From: Podarcis liolepis
Lineage: Eukaryota
Strand: one strand, 5' to 3'
Assembly: GCA_965112155.1 (NCBI GenBank)
Contig: OZ218109.1
Length of the DNA: 64,000 bases
The position numbers were made by a program, and so were the translations under genes. Every line of letters begins with the position of its first letter. The stretch's first letter is position 1. The notes under the pieces are model-generated. The model was not told where the DNA came from, made no database searches, and was given only the letters and a program-made list of their open reading frames with translations. Positions 10,367-24,005 of the stretch are shown one piece after another.

Positions 10367-12020
10367 ATTGTATTTTGTTAGGACAGGCTCGTGCTAGATT
10401 GAGAAAGACACAGCTACTTGGATGGTTCTTAGAGCAGAGGTTACTAACCTTTCGGGACCAGTAGGCACTAGAGCTCGGCAATGCCAACTGGGCTTTACAA
10501 ATTTGTGTTGCCCATGAGGAATTCAGTGCTTGTCCATTTGTTTCTTTGAAGTCCCACCTGAAAATGCAGCAGCCCCATCTAGTAAATAAGGCTGGCTTCA
10601 TTCCTTAGCATGCTAACTGATCACATGTATAATTTCTCCCTTGCAAATGGTTTACTTTTATGGTTTTCTCACCTTTCCTACAAAATTTATCAGTTGGACC
10701 CAAAAAGCCGTTTAGGTACCTTGCAGCACAACGATTATATGAACACTCAGGACTTCATGAGATGTGTTCCTCTTCCCTCCCACACCCCACATTTATTTTC
10801 AATGTGTCTGGGGGGGGAAAGATTTGAAATAATAAGAATGCTTTCTAGTAAGTGCCCCTTTCAGGTCAGCAAGTCAAAAGTACCGTGATGTTGTTTGGCC
10901 CTTCCCACATACCATATCCTGCCTGTTCAAACAGGAGAACAAAAACCAAGGTGCAGTTTGATAGAACTGAGCTAAATGCACTCTCCTAAGATGTTGTGTG
11001 TGTGTGTTTGTGTGCGTATGGTATTTGGTATTAATTTGCTCTTCTGAACCAAACTCAGCTTTTGGGAAAGCCTCCACAACAAACACAAACGTGTTCTGTA
11101 TAAGCTTACACTTTACAGCCAATTTTTTCGCTGCAACCCAAATGCCAGAAGGCGCTTTCTCTCCGTGAAAGAGACTCTGATTTAATTCTATAACATATTC
11201 CCTCTCTCACATGTCCTCCCTGCAAATGTAAACATTAGCAATCGCTATGCACTGATTTCATTTTAACCTGAACTGTATTTACTATACCTAAGGACAATTC
11301 TCATGGAGCAAAGAGCCCCAGTATTTGTATTTCAGAATAAATATTATGAATCTGTCTCTCTCAGGGGAAGAACATGTTTAGATAACCTGCCTTTCACATA
11401 GGAAAGCTGGCTGCACTTCCCAACATGGAGACAGTGCTGAGTATAAAAATCCAATGCCTCTTGGCCATAGTTAAAAGATGTCCCTATTCCTTTGCAAAGG
11501 GTAGAACGTATGGAAGCTGTAAATAAATTATGATTGCCAAAGATCAGAGGAATTTTTACACAAGACCAAAGCAACTTAAGCTTGCGCTTTGATACAAACC
11601 TGTTAATAATTCAGCACAACAGTAATCATCACATCTCTAGAATTCCTAACAATTGAATTGCCCTTCGGGGGTATTAGCAGATGATTAACAATAGCTTTAA
11701 GTTTTTACTGACGGACCTCTCTAGAGGTAACATAAGGTATAGTGTATTATTGAAGAAGGAGGTGGAACATCTATCTATGGTGAAACAGGGCCTGTAAATC
11801 TTTGGGCACAGAAGCTTGTTGCGCCGTCAGACATTATCCAAGAATAAGTGCTGATGAGAAGACATGTAGAAGGAGTTGAGTTGCACTACATTATAACTCT
11901 AAATGATCAATGGGCTCTTTCAGAGCTGCCAAGCCAATATATGTTCAAATATCAATCTAGCAGAAGCAGAAGGAAGCTTCTGTTTAGTAGTAGTGGTAGG
12001 CTTCTCTGTGTTGTCTAGAA

Positions 12021-12151
12021 CAGGGCTGGGGAATCTATGGTCCTCCAGACATTATTGGACTCCAATTCCCATTATCCTCAGCCAGCACAACTAATGTTGA
12101 TGGGAATTGTTGTCCAACAACCAGTGGAAGGCCACAGGTTCTCCATTCTTG
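12021..12151. mobile_element. Palindromic hAT-Charlie-type MITE (~130 bp; GACTACAACTCCCATCATCCC family)
   Basis: CAGGG start, internal inverted arms and a near-identical 8-bp TSD GTCTAGAA/GTCTAGAT, fitting the Charlie NTCTAGAN target preference. Other copies lie near 8740, 9510, 19980, 27380, 40560, 41985, 42740, 44260, 49180, 50360, 60230 and 63200. Confidence 0.75.
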
Positions 12152-13665
12152 GTCTAGATGCACATAATATCACCACCTTGCTGAATATCATCATTCACTC
12201 ACCTGTGCTGTATGCTGAGCAGAGTGGAGCTGGTAGGCTCAGGTCAAGTATCCAACTTCACAGCTTCCCTAACTAAGGAGTGGGGAGATTGCCTTCCATC
12301 ACTCACTAGTTGTGATGGCATTCAGCCAGGGTGGTTTAGCCCAGAGTGAAAGGAGAGATGTTTTCATTCTTTCTGCCTTTGCTTTCATAGGTAGGATAAT
12401 TGTCTGGGAAGCCTAATGTTGTATTAACAACAGTGGGGTAAACTGCCACCATTGTGGGATGCCTGGAAGTTGAGCTAAATGGACTTCAGTCTGATCCAGA
12501 TGTGTTTTTCTTCTTTTGGGGTGGCAGCTGGTAAGAAGAAGGGAAGAATCTACCCCCTTGCTTACAGTGTCAGGTTTACAGGAGTATTCACATATCACTA
12601 TGTTAATGTATGCACTTTTCAGATGAGTTCACCTGGAGTGTTCTCACAATCATTAACATTGATTAGCATCACTCTACCCTGTAACCAGACTGTAGAACAA
12701 CCAAAGGTGTTTAAAGTGTGTTAATAGGTAGCAAATGTGCCTGGCGAAGTCCTCCTGACTTCCTGGCACATTTGCAATACAAAGCTGCTTCTCCCATTCA
12801 TTCACACAGTTTTTTGGATGTCCAGAATGATCTCACTCTCAGAAAAATACTTGCTTAAATGCGAAGAAAACCACTCAGGTCCCTCTCTTCCCTCTTCCTC
12901 CCCGTTCTGATCTCCCCAACACCACCACAAAAGAAGATTACTAATAAAAGACAAAAAAGCACTTCCAGATGTGATTTGCTTTCATTTTCCAGCTGTATCA
13001 GTTAACATAATACTGCACTCCTCTTTCTAGCCATGGAAATGCATCCTAAAAAAAAGGATGCTATTCATCCTGAATGAGCTAGGTTAAAAATAAATTACGG
13101 CCAAGTATTAGAAGGCTTGTTTTATCACTTCGTTTCATACAGATCTTTAACTTTCTCGCCTACCATTCTACAGTTCAGCAAAAGAAGAATTATTTTCCCT
13201 GTCTGCTCTCAGATGCTGGAGTCTTTTATTCAATAACAGTTTGCAGAATGGTTCAGAATAGGTTAATGAAAGATCTCTAATACTCTTGCTAGACCAATCT
13301 TCTTAACAGAGAAGGGTCATAATAGTAATTACATAGGTGGTCCAGCCAGAAGGATCTTTTTATCTTAGAATTCAAGACACACTAAGTTTGACTAATCACC
13401 CACAGTGTGTTTGCAATTAAAATAGCACTATATTAACCCTGCCAATGTGAGGTATCAATATTTTATGTGTGGCTTGACAGTTCTAAGCGGAACATTTGAA
13501 TGCTTGATAGAGAGAGTTCACTTTTAAAGAGAGAGTTTCTTACTCTTCCTCAGAACTGTAAACAGGAAAGATACTAAGGAGGGAACTCAAATGAGATTTT
13601 CATAAGAAATCTGATCTTCAGGATATTTTACACACTGTTGCCAAGAAAGGAGGAGAGGAAAGGAG

Positions 13666-13667
<2 letters not shown>

Positions 13668-13709
<42 letters not shown>
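13668..13709. repeat. (GA)n microsatellite
   Basis: Read directly from the sequence. Confidence 0.95.
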
Positions 13710-13712
<3 letters not shown>

Positions 13713-16204
13713 CCTTCCTGCAAAGTCAAAATCTGGGATGTTTATAAGACACACATTTTCTTCCACTTTTGGGTGAGAGAATAAATTCCTTAACATTGCA
13801 ATCTCATGCACACTCACTTGATCATAAGTCCCACTGAATCCAATAGGCCTTTCTTTTGAGTAGGCATGCACAGCATCAGATCGAACACTGAAAGTCAGAA
13901 TTGCAAAACTGAGTTGATTCTGAGTTACGTCATAAAGTGGGGAGGAAGGCTAGTGAAGAGACCTGGATTGGACCTGTTGCCATCACATGATGGTAGCAGA
14001 GTCAACACATGTCTGTTCCCTCCCCTCCCCTGAAATGTCCCACTGGGTCGCTGCTGTAGCTTTCACCTGCCATTGGGAGAGGTGCATTGGGGCACCCCTC
14101 ACCTCTGGAGCTTCCCCCCCTCCACTGGCAAAGAGTGGTCTCACAGGGCAGGACTCAATGGAGGAACACCTCACTCCATCTAAACTTCTTTCAATATGGT
14201 GGATCCAAAGTTTGGACTGCTGTCCCCATGGAGGTCCCATGGTGCTCTCAATCCTTCATGATCAATGGTCAGTGATGTTGGGATATGTAGCCAATCATCT
14301 GGTGAACCATAGACTTTCCACTTATGCTTTAAAATACACTTCTTCAAAGTCCGTATTAGAACAATACCTTGATTAGGCAGCCAAAATATAATAAAATAGC
14401 ATGCAAGTTTTTGAGTTTCCTCAAACTCTTCATGAGGCTAGATAGTAAACAAAGCAATCTGGTTGGGGGGGGGGACAAGGCTGTTGGTGTCAATCAAGCC
14501 ACCCATGTCTGCATATAGTAAGCTTTAGTCTGCAAGTCCCCCTTCCAAGAGTAGCCCTGGAATAGCTGCCCTGTGAAGCATGTTGTGGCCACCTTTATGG
14601 GAAATGCATCTGATAGACAAAATGATTCGAGGAGCTAGTGGTCTGACACGGAGCCCTTCCTGCCTCTGTTCCTTCCCCCTCCCTCGCCCTTGTGAAGTTT
14701 TTTGATGGTTTGAGAACAGTCTTTGATGTTCTGAGAAGGTTGGGAGGAGATGAAGCCCCAGATACAACTGCCTTAATCAGTTTGGGAGGATAGTGCTGGG
14801 TACCTTCTTTCATGTTGGGCATTGTTTTGAGAAAGTGAGGCATTGGGAGGGGGTGGCTAATGGATGAGCTGCACGTAGCCAGTGTGGCAAGCTACATAGG
14901 TTATCTATAAAATCGGACAGTTTGGGCAGAGTTTCTTTGAAGCTCATGCATGGACTGATAGGCCTTAGAGCCGTGCAAACTGAGGCTACTGGGAGAGTTG
15001 CTTCGCCGCTTCTTGAGGGCTTCCAAGTAGCAGATTGAAGTGCTTGCTTGGTATGTATACATAGTTTGCTGTTATAGAATGAAATCTTTAATCTTCTCAC
15101 TCACTTGTGTATTTTGTATTGCTTCTGAATCTCATTTTAAAAGAACCACCTTGCCTTTGGCCAGACAACACCATAAGGTCGCCCAGTAAGTTCAGTGCTC
15201 TAGCCAGCACATGGACTAAATGGAGATTTTGTTTATTTATCAGCAGATATGTGCAATCTAAGTAAGCATGTCCTATGGGTGGTTCACAAATTAAAAAATC
15301 ATCATCAACAACAACAAAAATCCAATCAAAACTAAAAACAATAAACAGAAAGGGTAGCCTGTACACAAAGAACATCATAAATACAGCACAAGTCAATAAA
15401 AATCCAGGTCTTTCAACTAAGGCCTCTGCAGTGTGAGTTGAGCACTCTAGCTAAGTGTACTAACAAAGCTCACTGGTTTTTGAATCTCCCTTTATGAAAG
15501 TGCTTTGCATCTGAAAACAATCTTCAGCTAAGCCATTGATCAGAATGTTCAAGCACCTGGTCCACATTAGCAGTCCAAAGCATCTCCATCTCCATCCGAA
15601 AGCATCCAGGGTCTCCCAGGGTGCCCAGGTTTTCGCACAGGCATATATTTTTTTCTCCATCCCCTTTAACATCAGGGAGTACTCTGTCCATGCATGTATT
15701 CTAATTGTATACATAAAACACTGTCTGACACAATGTTATCTGACAAGGTGCAATTATCTGACAACATGGCAGAACATGATTGTGGAATCTCCTTGTGCAT
15801 TTCCAAGCTCCATCTGCACACCAGAGCCCCTGGATCTGGACAGGAAAGCTATATAAATATATATATATATGCTTATAATAGCTAATTTCCGTTGACTAGC
15901 ATCCTATGTTAGCTGTGAACTAATTCTCCAAAAGCCAATCTGTATGTAGAATACACATGTAGGATGAAGGTTTCAGGTGATCTGAAGAAACCCCAAGGTT
16001 TGGGGGAGATATTTTGGGGACAGTGGGCAAAAAAAGTTGAAAAATCCAAAAGTGAGAGAATGGAATGGATAATCCTGAATGAAGGCATGGCTGATTGGTT
16101 GGAAAATTATACAGAAACATTCCACACATATATTGAAATATCAGGTGGGAGGGAGATTGCTGTGGTCTACATAAATTCTCTCTCTCCAGGCTCTCTGTCC
16201 AGTT

Positions 16205-16960
16205 GGTGGGGGAGTGTGTGTTCCTGGTGTTGGGAATTTAGGACAGATTACGGATTCTGCTGGCTTACCTAGCTGCCCAGCTATCTAGCTGCCCAGCAGT
16301 CTCCCTGACAGAGCTGGTCTCGGAGGCAGTATTGAGGGTTCCCAGACTGCTGGCTGCCATGACGACCATGGGAATGTCCCAACATGTCACTGGCCCAACC
16401 AATGTGGCTGGCCCCACTTTGGACCTTGTTTTCTTAACTGGGCAGGAAGCGGGTGCTCTGAAAGTGGGGGATATTGACATCAGTCCTTTGTCATGGTCAG
16501 ATCACTTCCTGTTGAGGTTTAAGCTTTCAGCACCTTTCCCTTCCCTGCAGAGGCTGGGGACCTACAGTGGTGCCTCGCAAGACGAAAATAATCCGTTCCG
16601 TGAGTCTCATCGTCTAGCAGTTTTTTCGTCTTGCGAAGCAACCCTATTAGCGGCTTAGCGGATTAGCACTATTAGTGGCTTAGCGGATTAGCGGCTATTA
16701 AAGGGTTAGCGGGTTAGCGGCTAAAAGGCTATTAGCGGATTAGCGGCTTAGAAAAAGGGGGAGGAGCGAAAAAAATCGGAACACTCGCAAGACGTTTTTG
16801 TCTTGCAAAGCAAGCCCATAGGGAAAATTGTCTTGCGAAGCAGCTCAAAAATGGAAAACCCTTTTGTCTAGCGGGTTTTCTGTCTTGCGAGGCATTTGTC
16901 TTGCGGGACACCACTGTATTAGACTGGTCTGCCCTCTGAGGCTGATGGAGCCAGTGGGCT
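16205..16960 (+). mobile_element. L2 LINE fragment (APE endonuclease region) interrupted by a MITE
   Basis: MSQHVTGPTNVAGPTLDLVF..SPLSWSDHFLLRF matches the conserved APE motifs TLDL and SDH; after the MITE it continues as (P)IRLVCPLRLMEP. Confidence 0.8.
16565..16916. mobile_element. Tc1/mariner (Tigger-like) MITE with internal TTAGCGG array
   Basis: TIRs CAGTGGTGCCTCGCAAGAC / GTCTTGCGGGACACCACTG with TA TSD; homologous to 57123-57467. Confidence 0.9.
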
Positions 16961-19235
16961 AGACCAGGGTTAGCCAATATAGTGCCCTCCAAGAACAGAA
17001 GCACAGCCATTGTTTGAAATTTGCATTTCTCCAAATGTTGCAGTGCAGTTATCCAGCTAAGTAAGGTGTACAAAAATGCCCATACTCGGATATAGTGTGC
17101 ATATATTGGTAGAAGTAACATTCAGAAATGCATTGTATTAGGGAAAATTTTATACATTAGGATAAATGAATGAGGGGCGTTGTAGTTCAGTGACATAAGG
17201 AGGGGACTATATTGTCTACCTCTGGACTAAAATCCAAATGAAGAGGCAAAAGGTTTTGACTCTACCTTCTTTTTGCATGGCATATGAGCTGAAAACCCAC
17301 CAAGGTAGGAAAGTCTGGTTTTCAGGATTCTTAAGAATACGGTTCCTGCATCAAAATATGTTTGTAGGTCTAGCTTAAAGTGTAACAGCTCCACAATGTC
17401 CTCAGTGCTGTGCTGTGCTTGATTGCAGCTCAATAAAATAAGGATATCCTAAGATATACTGACTCTTAAAGGCATAATTGAAAAATCATGAACCCAGTCA
17501 GTGAAACTCACATTTATAGAATTTTCCATTATCTTAGGAGCTGATGTATTTTTTTTAGCTAGATTTAATGGGAGAGTTCATAATTCAATTCATTTTTTAA
17601 TATGATGGTTTTGCTAGCTGCAAAATTTACAGTCTATTTAGGGGACTCTTAACTAGTACATTCTATTCAGTCCTCCAACCGGCTTAGCAAATAGGCATTT
17701 TTTTCATGGAAAACAAATAGAGGGATTTGCCTGCCCAAGGTCTAAGAAGGTCTTTCCATCAACAAAGGTCCTGATTACCATATCCAGTACATGAAGAGAC
17801 AGATTCCAAAGAGATCACAACTCAGTGTTGCCCCCAGAAAGTCCCAGGTTCAATACCTGCCATCTCCAGTTAAAAGCATCTGGTAGCAGGTGAGAGGGGG
17901 AAAGCACCTGACTGAAAATATAGGAGGGAGAGAAATTCAGTGCAGTTCGCATTTTATTTTTTGAGTTCTCTGGATTTTGTGATACAGTTCTCCAGCCCCA
18001 ATATGTGCACAGCAGTGCATAGATTGAGGGCAAGTATATGATAGGTCAATGGCTCAAATGAGAACGTTACTTGAAACCGTTTTCTTAAAGAGTCAAACAA
18101 TATTAAGATGATTAAATTTTTGATAGAATGGCCATTTACCCAGCCCAGGGGTGGGTGGCAGTTGTGATACACTGGAGTGGCTCCTCGTTCCCCTGGGCAG
18201 TGTAGACCTCCTCCAATGTGACCAGCTGTTTGGGCATTCCCTGGCTGGCTGCTAGGGATGATGGGATAACCTACTATCCACAAATGTAAATGCCCTGTCA
18301 GGGAGAAGCTAGTGGGCAGAGTCTGGGTGGAGGACTGGAGTGGAGAAGTCTTCACTCTGGTCCACCTCCTGGCCATAAAAGCCAGCTGTGCCCGGGCATG
18401 GGACCACAGTCAGATGAAGAGCATTTGGAGCACTTGGCTGAAGAGCAGCTGGAATCATTTGATTTATTAATTACTAATTTACATCAACAAAGGAAATTAA
18501 AATGTTAACCATTTAAAAGAAGCAAATGAGAGTGAGAACGTGTATGACTGGAGCAGGATTTCTGTTATATTTGCTAAACCTACTTGGGCTACTGAACTCT
18601 GTTCACCACTGCCAGGCAGGGAAGATTAACATGTGCAAGCCTGGAGCTAAAAAATTCAGTGTGGGGCTGTTGATGATCTGATCACACTTGAAAGTGCCTG
18701 ATGAATTAGGCATCAAGATCGGCATGATGAGCAGAGCTTATTAACATCAACTCCCCGCCAACACACACACACACACGAGATCTATGCATCCCTCAACATA
18801 CACTTTGCCCAAAGGGTACAGAGGACTTCTGGGGCCCAGCCAGGCTTCTCTGCCAAGTTGGCTGTGCTGCAGCTGAGCTGAGATCTGTTTCCTCTGTGAC
18901 CTTTTGCTGAGTGGCAAGCAGGGATTAGCACAGATGAAAAGACCTTAAGATCTCTTTCTCTCTCTCTTTTTAACATTGTGGTTTAATTTGAAGCGATATA
19001 TTGCAGGAGAGCTAGAGGCATGAGGCTCCAAAAATGAGATTTAAAGGGCCACTGGACACCCCCCAGGCCTTGAGCTACACAATTCAAGAGAAGGATTGAA
19101 GCCACAGCATGTACCCAGTGTCCATACCCTAACAAGTATAGGGTTGAGTGGTCCTATGCAAAGAGATGTATCTGAGAAGCTAGCTGTGAGATTGCTTTGC
19201 TGTGCACCCATTTGTCTTCCTATAAGCATAAAAAT

Positions 19236-19592
19236 AAGGACGTGGGTGGCGCTGTGGGTTAAACCACAGAGCCTAGGACTTGTCGATCAGAAGGTTGGCT
19301 GTTCGAATCCCTGCGACGGGGTGAGCTCCCGTTGCTTGGTCCCTGCTCCTGCCAACCTAGCAGTTCGAAAGCACGTCAAAGTGCAAGTGGCATAATAGGT
19401 ACCGCTCCGGCGGGAAGGTAAACGGCATTTCCGTGCACTGCTCTGGTTCGCCAGAAGTGGCTTAGTCATGCTGGCCGCATGACCCGGAAGCTGTACGCCG
19501 GGTCCCTTGGCCAATAAAGCGAGATGAGCGCCGCAACCCCAGAGTTGGCCACGACTAGACCTAATGGTCAGGGGTCCCTTTACCTTTACCTT
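19236..19592 (+). mobile_element. Sauria SINE, full length
   Basis: GGACGTGGGTGGCGCTGTGGGTTAAACCACAGAGCC head, B-box GTTCGAATCC, (ACCTTT)n tail and 13-bp TSD TAAGCATAAAAAT (19223-19235, 19593-19605). Confidence 0.95.
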
Positions 19593-21949
19593 TAAGCATA
19601 AAAATGTGAAGCTGTAGCCATGCTACAGTTTGAGCTACCCCTCCCTTTGGCAATTACACCATCCGTGAACCTGTGGCCTTTCATACTTTTTTTCTTTTTA
19701 ACCCAACACCCATTGCCACACCAAAATGGATGGAAAACAATTCAGTAATTCTGTAGGAGATTGTAGTAAAAATGCAGTTCGCTCAACTTATGCAATAGCT
19801 ACTAGCCCACATTGAAATATATGGTTCTGCAGTACTCTATTCTGGGGGGGGGGACCTTAATCAGTAAGGATACCCCTGTGGGTACACACTGAAGGAAACA
19901 CATTGGCCCCATAAACCAGTGAGGTAATCAGATAGAGTTTTGACGAGTCCCACTGGATCTTAAATCATTACTGCTAAGTGTGGGGGAACTGTGGCCCTCC
20001 AGTTGTTGTTCGACTCAAACTCCCATAAGCCCCAACTAGTATGGCCAACGGCCGGGAGGATAACTGGTTGGATATTTTCTACTGGTGTGGCTGATCCAGA
20101 GGGCCGGGTTTCTCCCCCTGAGCAATTGTTTCTGGCTCCCAGTGGTCCCACTTGTTTTCATGGCAGCGGCAAAAATAAATTAAAGTAGACATCGCGCTGG
20201 GGTGGGCATATAAATTTAATCCTCACTGCTCATCCCAACTGTCTGTTTGCATTTCTTAGTGCAGAAAGTATTGATCTAATGTGTAGAGAACTTTCCTATT
20301 CTACTTAATTCCAGAGGGTTCTGGAAGCTTCTCTGTGTGAAAAATACTTCATGGTGTTTGGGTTATTCCTTCAGAGAAGCTGAGTACAGCTGTTTTAAGC
20401 TGGTTCTGTTATCTCTTTCTGTGAAGGTCATGGTGACTATAAAAGTAGGGCCAGAAGAAGCCTGGGTTTCACTTTTTCTTTCTCTTTTTCTTCTGGTGTG
20501 GTGTTAAGATTTAGACATAATAAAAGTTATTGTAAGTTTAAGTTAAGTCTGCTGCAACAGTGCCAATCATGAATGTACTGGATCTGTGGCCATTATGCTC
20601 ATTTGCCTTCAGTAGCAGTAAAGTTCTGCTGGATGAAATACAATTGTCTCTGGTCTATTTTGGGGGGAATCCTATGATGCTTTTAAGTTTTTACTCTGCT
20701 AACTCTACATTGACGTTCTACTCTGGATCAATATTGAGTAGAATTCCATTACACCAACACCCTGATGGGGGGCAGATCAACCCTTTCCTGCTTTTAGACT
20801 GATTGTCTACTAAAGAGCAGGCAGTTACACCACCTTCCACTTATATGCAGAAATCAGTTGAGAAGTGGAAGTGGGGAGGCTCTGTGCCCTGAGAGAGTGT
20901 GGGGTAGCCACACCCACCTGTGGGGTATAGGCCCTAGAAAGCTGGACAAGATGAATGGGGCTCCCAGGATGAATGCAGCTACCCATCCCTGTTTTAAGCA
21001 TCTGCCACCCCATCCCAACTCAGGTCTTTTTCTACTGTTTAGGAATTGTTTTCCTGTTCAGCTGCAGATTGTGAAGTTTTTATAATGTATTCATCATTTT
21101 CTGGTTTATTTTTTAAAAAAATTGCTTGTAATATCTTGGGATACTTGTAAACCATTTAGCATCTTCGCCCCTACAAACGTTTAGACGTATGCAAATTATC
21201 TAAATAAATGTTGGGAGTTGGGCTCCCAACCCCATCTGAGGGGAGACAGGTCCCTTGCCTTTGCCTTTCAGGCTTTTGTGCTAATGGAAAACCCCACCAT
21301 TCACTTTGATGCAAACTTAAAATGCTCATTCAGTAGATACATTCCTTTGAGTATATGTTTTTTATCACTTTGACAGAATTTACATATATCTTAGACTTCA
21401 AGTTTCCAAGAACTATGAAAAATTATTGCAAAGTATTGAGTTAATCCGTTTGGTATTATGTTCCCATCCGGATTTCATTTTATTTTTTATATGTGAAGAT
21501 TTATTCCAGTGCTGAGCCTTATATGGCCATGTATGACCGAGGTGTCGTTCCCACCCCACCCCCTGCCATTTCACAGTGGCCTGTTGTTGTGGACAGCACT
21601 AAGAGAAAGACTCCAAAATAGAGAGATCTGCATCCACTTCAACGTTGAGAAACGTGATCCCTGATTCATTTTACGGGGCAAATGAGCATAAAAGCCACTC
21701 CAAATAATGTGTTGGCTTAATTAGTTTGAAAACTGGTTCTTATAATTTCTGAAATTCATATAACAACAACAGACAGGGCCTTCTACTCTGGAATCAGCTT
21801 GAACAAGTTATCAGGCAAAATTATTAATCTGTTACAGACAGCATTAAAGGGAACAAGAAGGAGCTGCTACAAACTGTTGCACTGCAGAGTGCTTCCGTTC
21901 AGGATTCCAGCTGCTTCATTCCATCATGGTTATTTTTCTCTTTGTGCCT

Positions 21950-22205
21950 CATCCAAGAGAGGTGTTGAGGGGAAAGGCCACAGGAGGATGGGCCTTTTCA
22001 GTGGTGGCTCCCTGTTTGTGGAATGCTCTCACCAGGAAAATGCACCTGGTTCCATCACTGCCATTTTTTAAAGCTCCAGACTGACATTTCTATTTACTCA
22101 GGTCTTTGTTGGTTAAGCTAGCCTTTATTTGGGTCTCATATTTCAGTGGGGTGGGGTAGGACTTGTCCTTATTGTGTTAATGGTATGAGCATTTTAAGGA
22201 TTTTG
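21950..22205 (+). mobile_element. L2 LINE 3' end (degenerate)
   Basis: GGGCCTTTTCAGTGGTGGCTCCCTGTTTGTGGAATGCTCTC (AFSVVAP.LWNAL motif). Confidence 0.7.
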
Positions 22206-22208
22206 TAT

Positions 22209-22781
22209 TGTACAGGGAATCCAGTCTTGTGGACCCGGTGCTGTTAATGGGGGTGCCTGGAGACAGCCCTGGATAGGCAGGTGAAGCAAATGTGTTTGGA
22301 GAGCTTGAAAGTGGGATCAGATCTCACTACACCCTGAATTCCATTGTGAGGAACTCAGTGGGGTTAGGTTTGGAACTGGGCTCTGAAGAAATCTAGCTAA
22401 TAATTTGGTTTTCTCTTCCCTATAATGGGGGGGGATGAAGTGATGACTCACCCCCCTGTGGCGGCGATTCCAGGGTCCCCTCTTAAAAGAGGTTATATAA
22501 TGCGTGTCACTGACCATATACTGAAAAGCTGTCAGTGAACTACCCTGAGTGCGGGGATATGGGCTGCGCATACATCTCGCAGTGCACCCCCATATCCCAT
22601 TTACCCTGATGAACCCCAGTTCCCTCCAGCTGGGAGGCTGGGAGGATACACACCCAAGGCCTAAGCCGAGGTCTTCCTACATTCGGAAGTTTAATAAAGT
22701 TGTGGCCTAATTTTAATTCCATAACACGTTGTCAGAGTCTTTATTCCTTCCTTATGATCCCTGGGGGCTGGGGCTGTCACA
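22209..22781 (+). mobile_element. LTR-like terminal repeat (Gypsy LTR or Ngaro/DIRS-type)
   Basis: TG..CA ends, TATA-like TTATATAA and AATAAAGTTGTGGCC near the 3' end; no TSD found. Confidence 0.5.
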
Positions 22782-23829
22782 GCCTGGTCATGCAATTTGG
22801 TTTTCTGAGCTGTGTGCTAAGCATGACCAGGGAAATTGACCCCACCACTAGTTTGAGCCCCAGTGATTACAATCAACAGAACTGCAGAAAATAATTAAAC
22901 AGATACAGTGACATATCTTCCAACACGACGCAGCCCAAATCCAGGACACCATGTTCCAGGTCTGAACCACCATGTGTCATGTGACCCATGTGAAATTATG
23001 CCCCCCAAGTTCTTTCTTTGGGCACAGCACCCAAAAATGCAAGTTTTGGGGCGCCACACAAGATTTCTATCCCCTCAAAAGTACCATGCCTGAAAAACAT
23101 GCGGCCCAAACTTGTGAAATCACGGCGACCATTTGGGCCGCTGTCATTTTTCGAGGACAGTTGATGAGTATGCAGCAATTATCCTATTGTGTACCTTCTA
23201 AATTAATTTGTTTATTGTAACAAACATTAACATGCTCCTGGGTTTTTCCCCTAAAAGAAGCTCTTACATGTTTTGCAATAGTATCTAGACTTTCCTGTGA
23301 TATATATGGACACAAAACTCAATTTAATATAGACATTAGAGTTGTAATTTATGGGAAGGAAGGCTTGTTAAGTATTCTTTGACAACACAGGCAGCCTATC
23401 AGCTATGTGGTAAGACCACAGAGCTGGAAAGAAGACTCTGACTTAACACCCATATTTTATGCGATAATGCAAAATAATACCGAGATACGCTTTGCATCAT
23501 GCTAAAATCTCTGTATTAAGCCCAGGCTTGCACATGAATACGTCTTGACTTTACTTTAATGAAATATGTCTCTTAGATGCAATAAAAACAACACATTTCT
23601 TCAACTTCTAATGTTATTTTACTTCTCTTTCAAGGCTGAAGGATGCAAAACTTTCCCCATGCCAATATGATTTTGCTTCTGTACACTTAACACATAAGAA
23701 AGAAGCAGAAAGTGAAATTTTCGGATAGAAACACAATATAAATTGTAGGCCCTTTCATGTGTTCCAACCTCTTATTGGAGAGAAGGAGAGGTGAACTGGG
23801 ACTGTGCTGAGAGGCAATACATCATTGGA

Positions 23830-24005
23830 GCATAGAAAGCTGCCTGATGCTGAGGCCAATGGTCCTTCTAGCTCATTATTATCTATTACTGACTGACAGT
23901 GGCTCTCCAGGATTTCAGACAGGAGACATTCCCAGCTGTATCTGGAGGCCCTGTGGATTGAACCTGCGACCTTCTGTATACAAGGCAGACACCTACCACT
24001 GAGCA
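23830..24005 (-). mobile_element. tRNA-Ala-derived SINE
   Basis: Reverse complement of the 625-805 family (GCTCAGTGGTAGG..GCAGGTTCAATCC..GGCAGCTTTCTATG). Further copies lie at ~26345-26540, ~27490-27600, ~54055-54205 and ~61370-61480. Confidence 0.65.

Noticed and set aside
9663-10381. Long overlapping ORFs (225, 198 and 116 aa)
   Set aside because: They lie essentially within a GC-rich TIR/TSD-bounded hAT element, give low-complexity translations on both strands and show no recognisable domain.
16647-16751. CRISPR-like or interstitial telomere array
   Set aside because: There are no spacers, the context is eukaryotic, and the unit is TTAGCGG rather than TTAGGG, inside a MITE.
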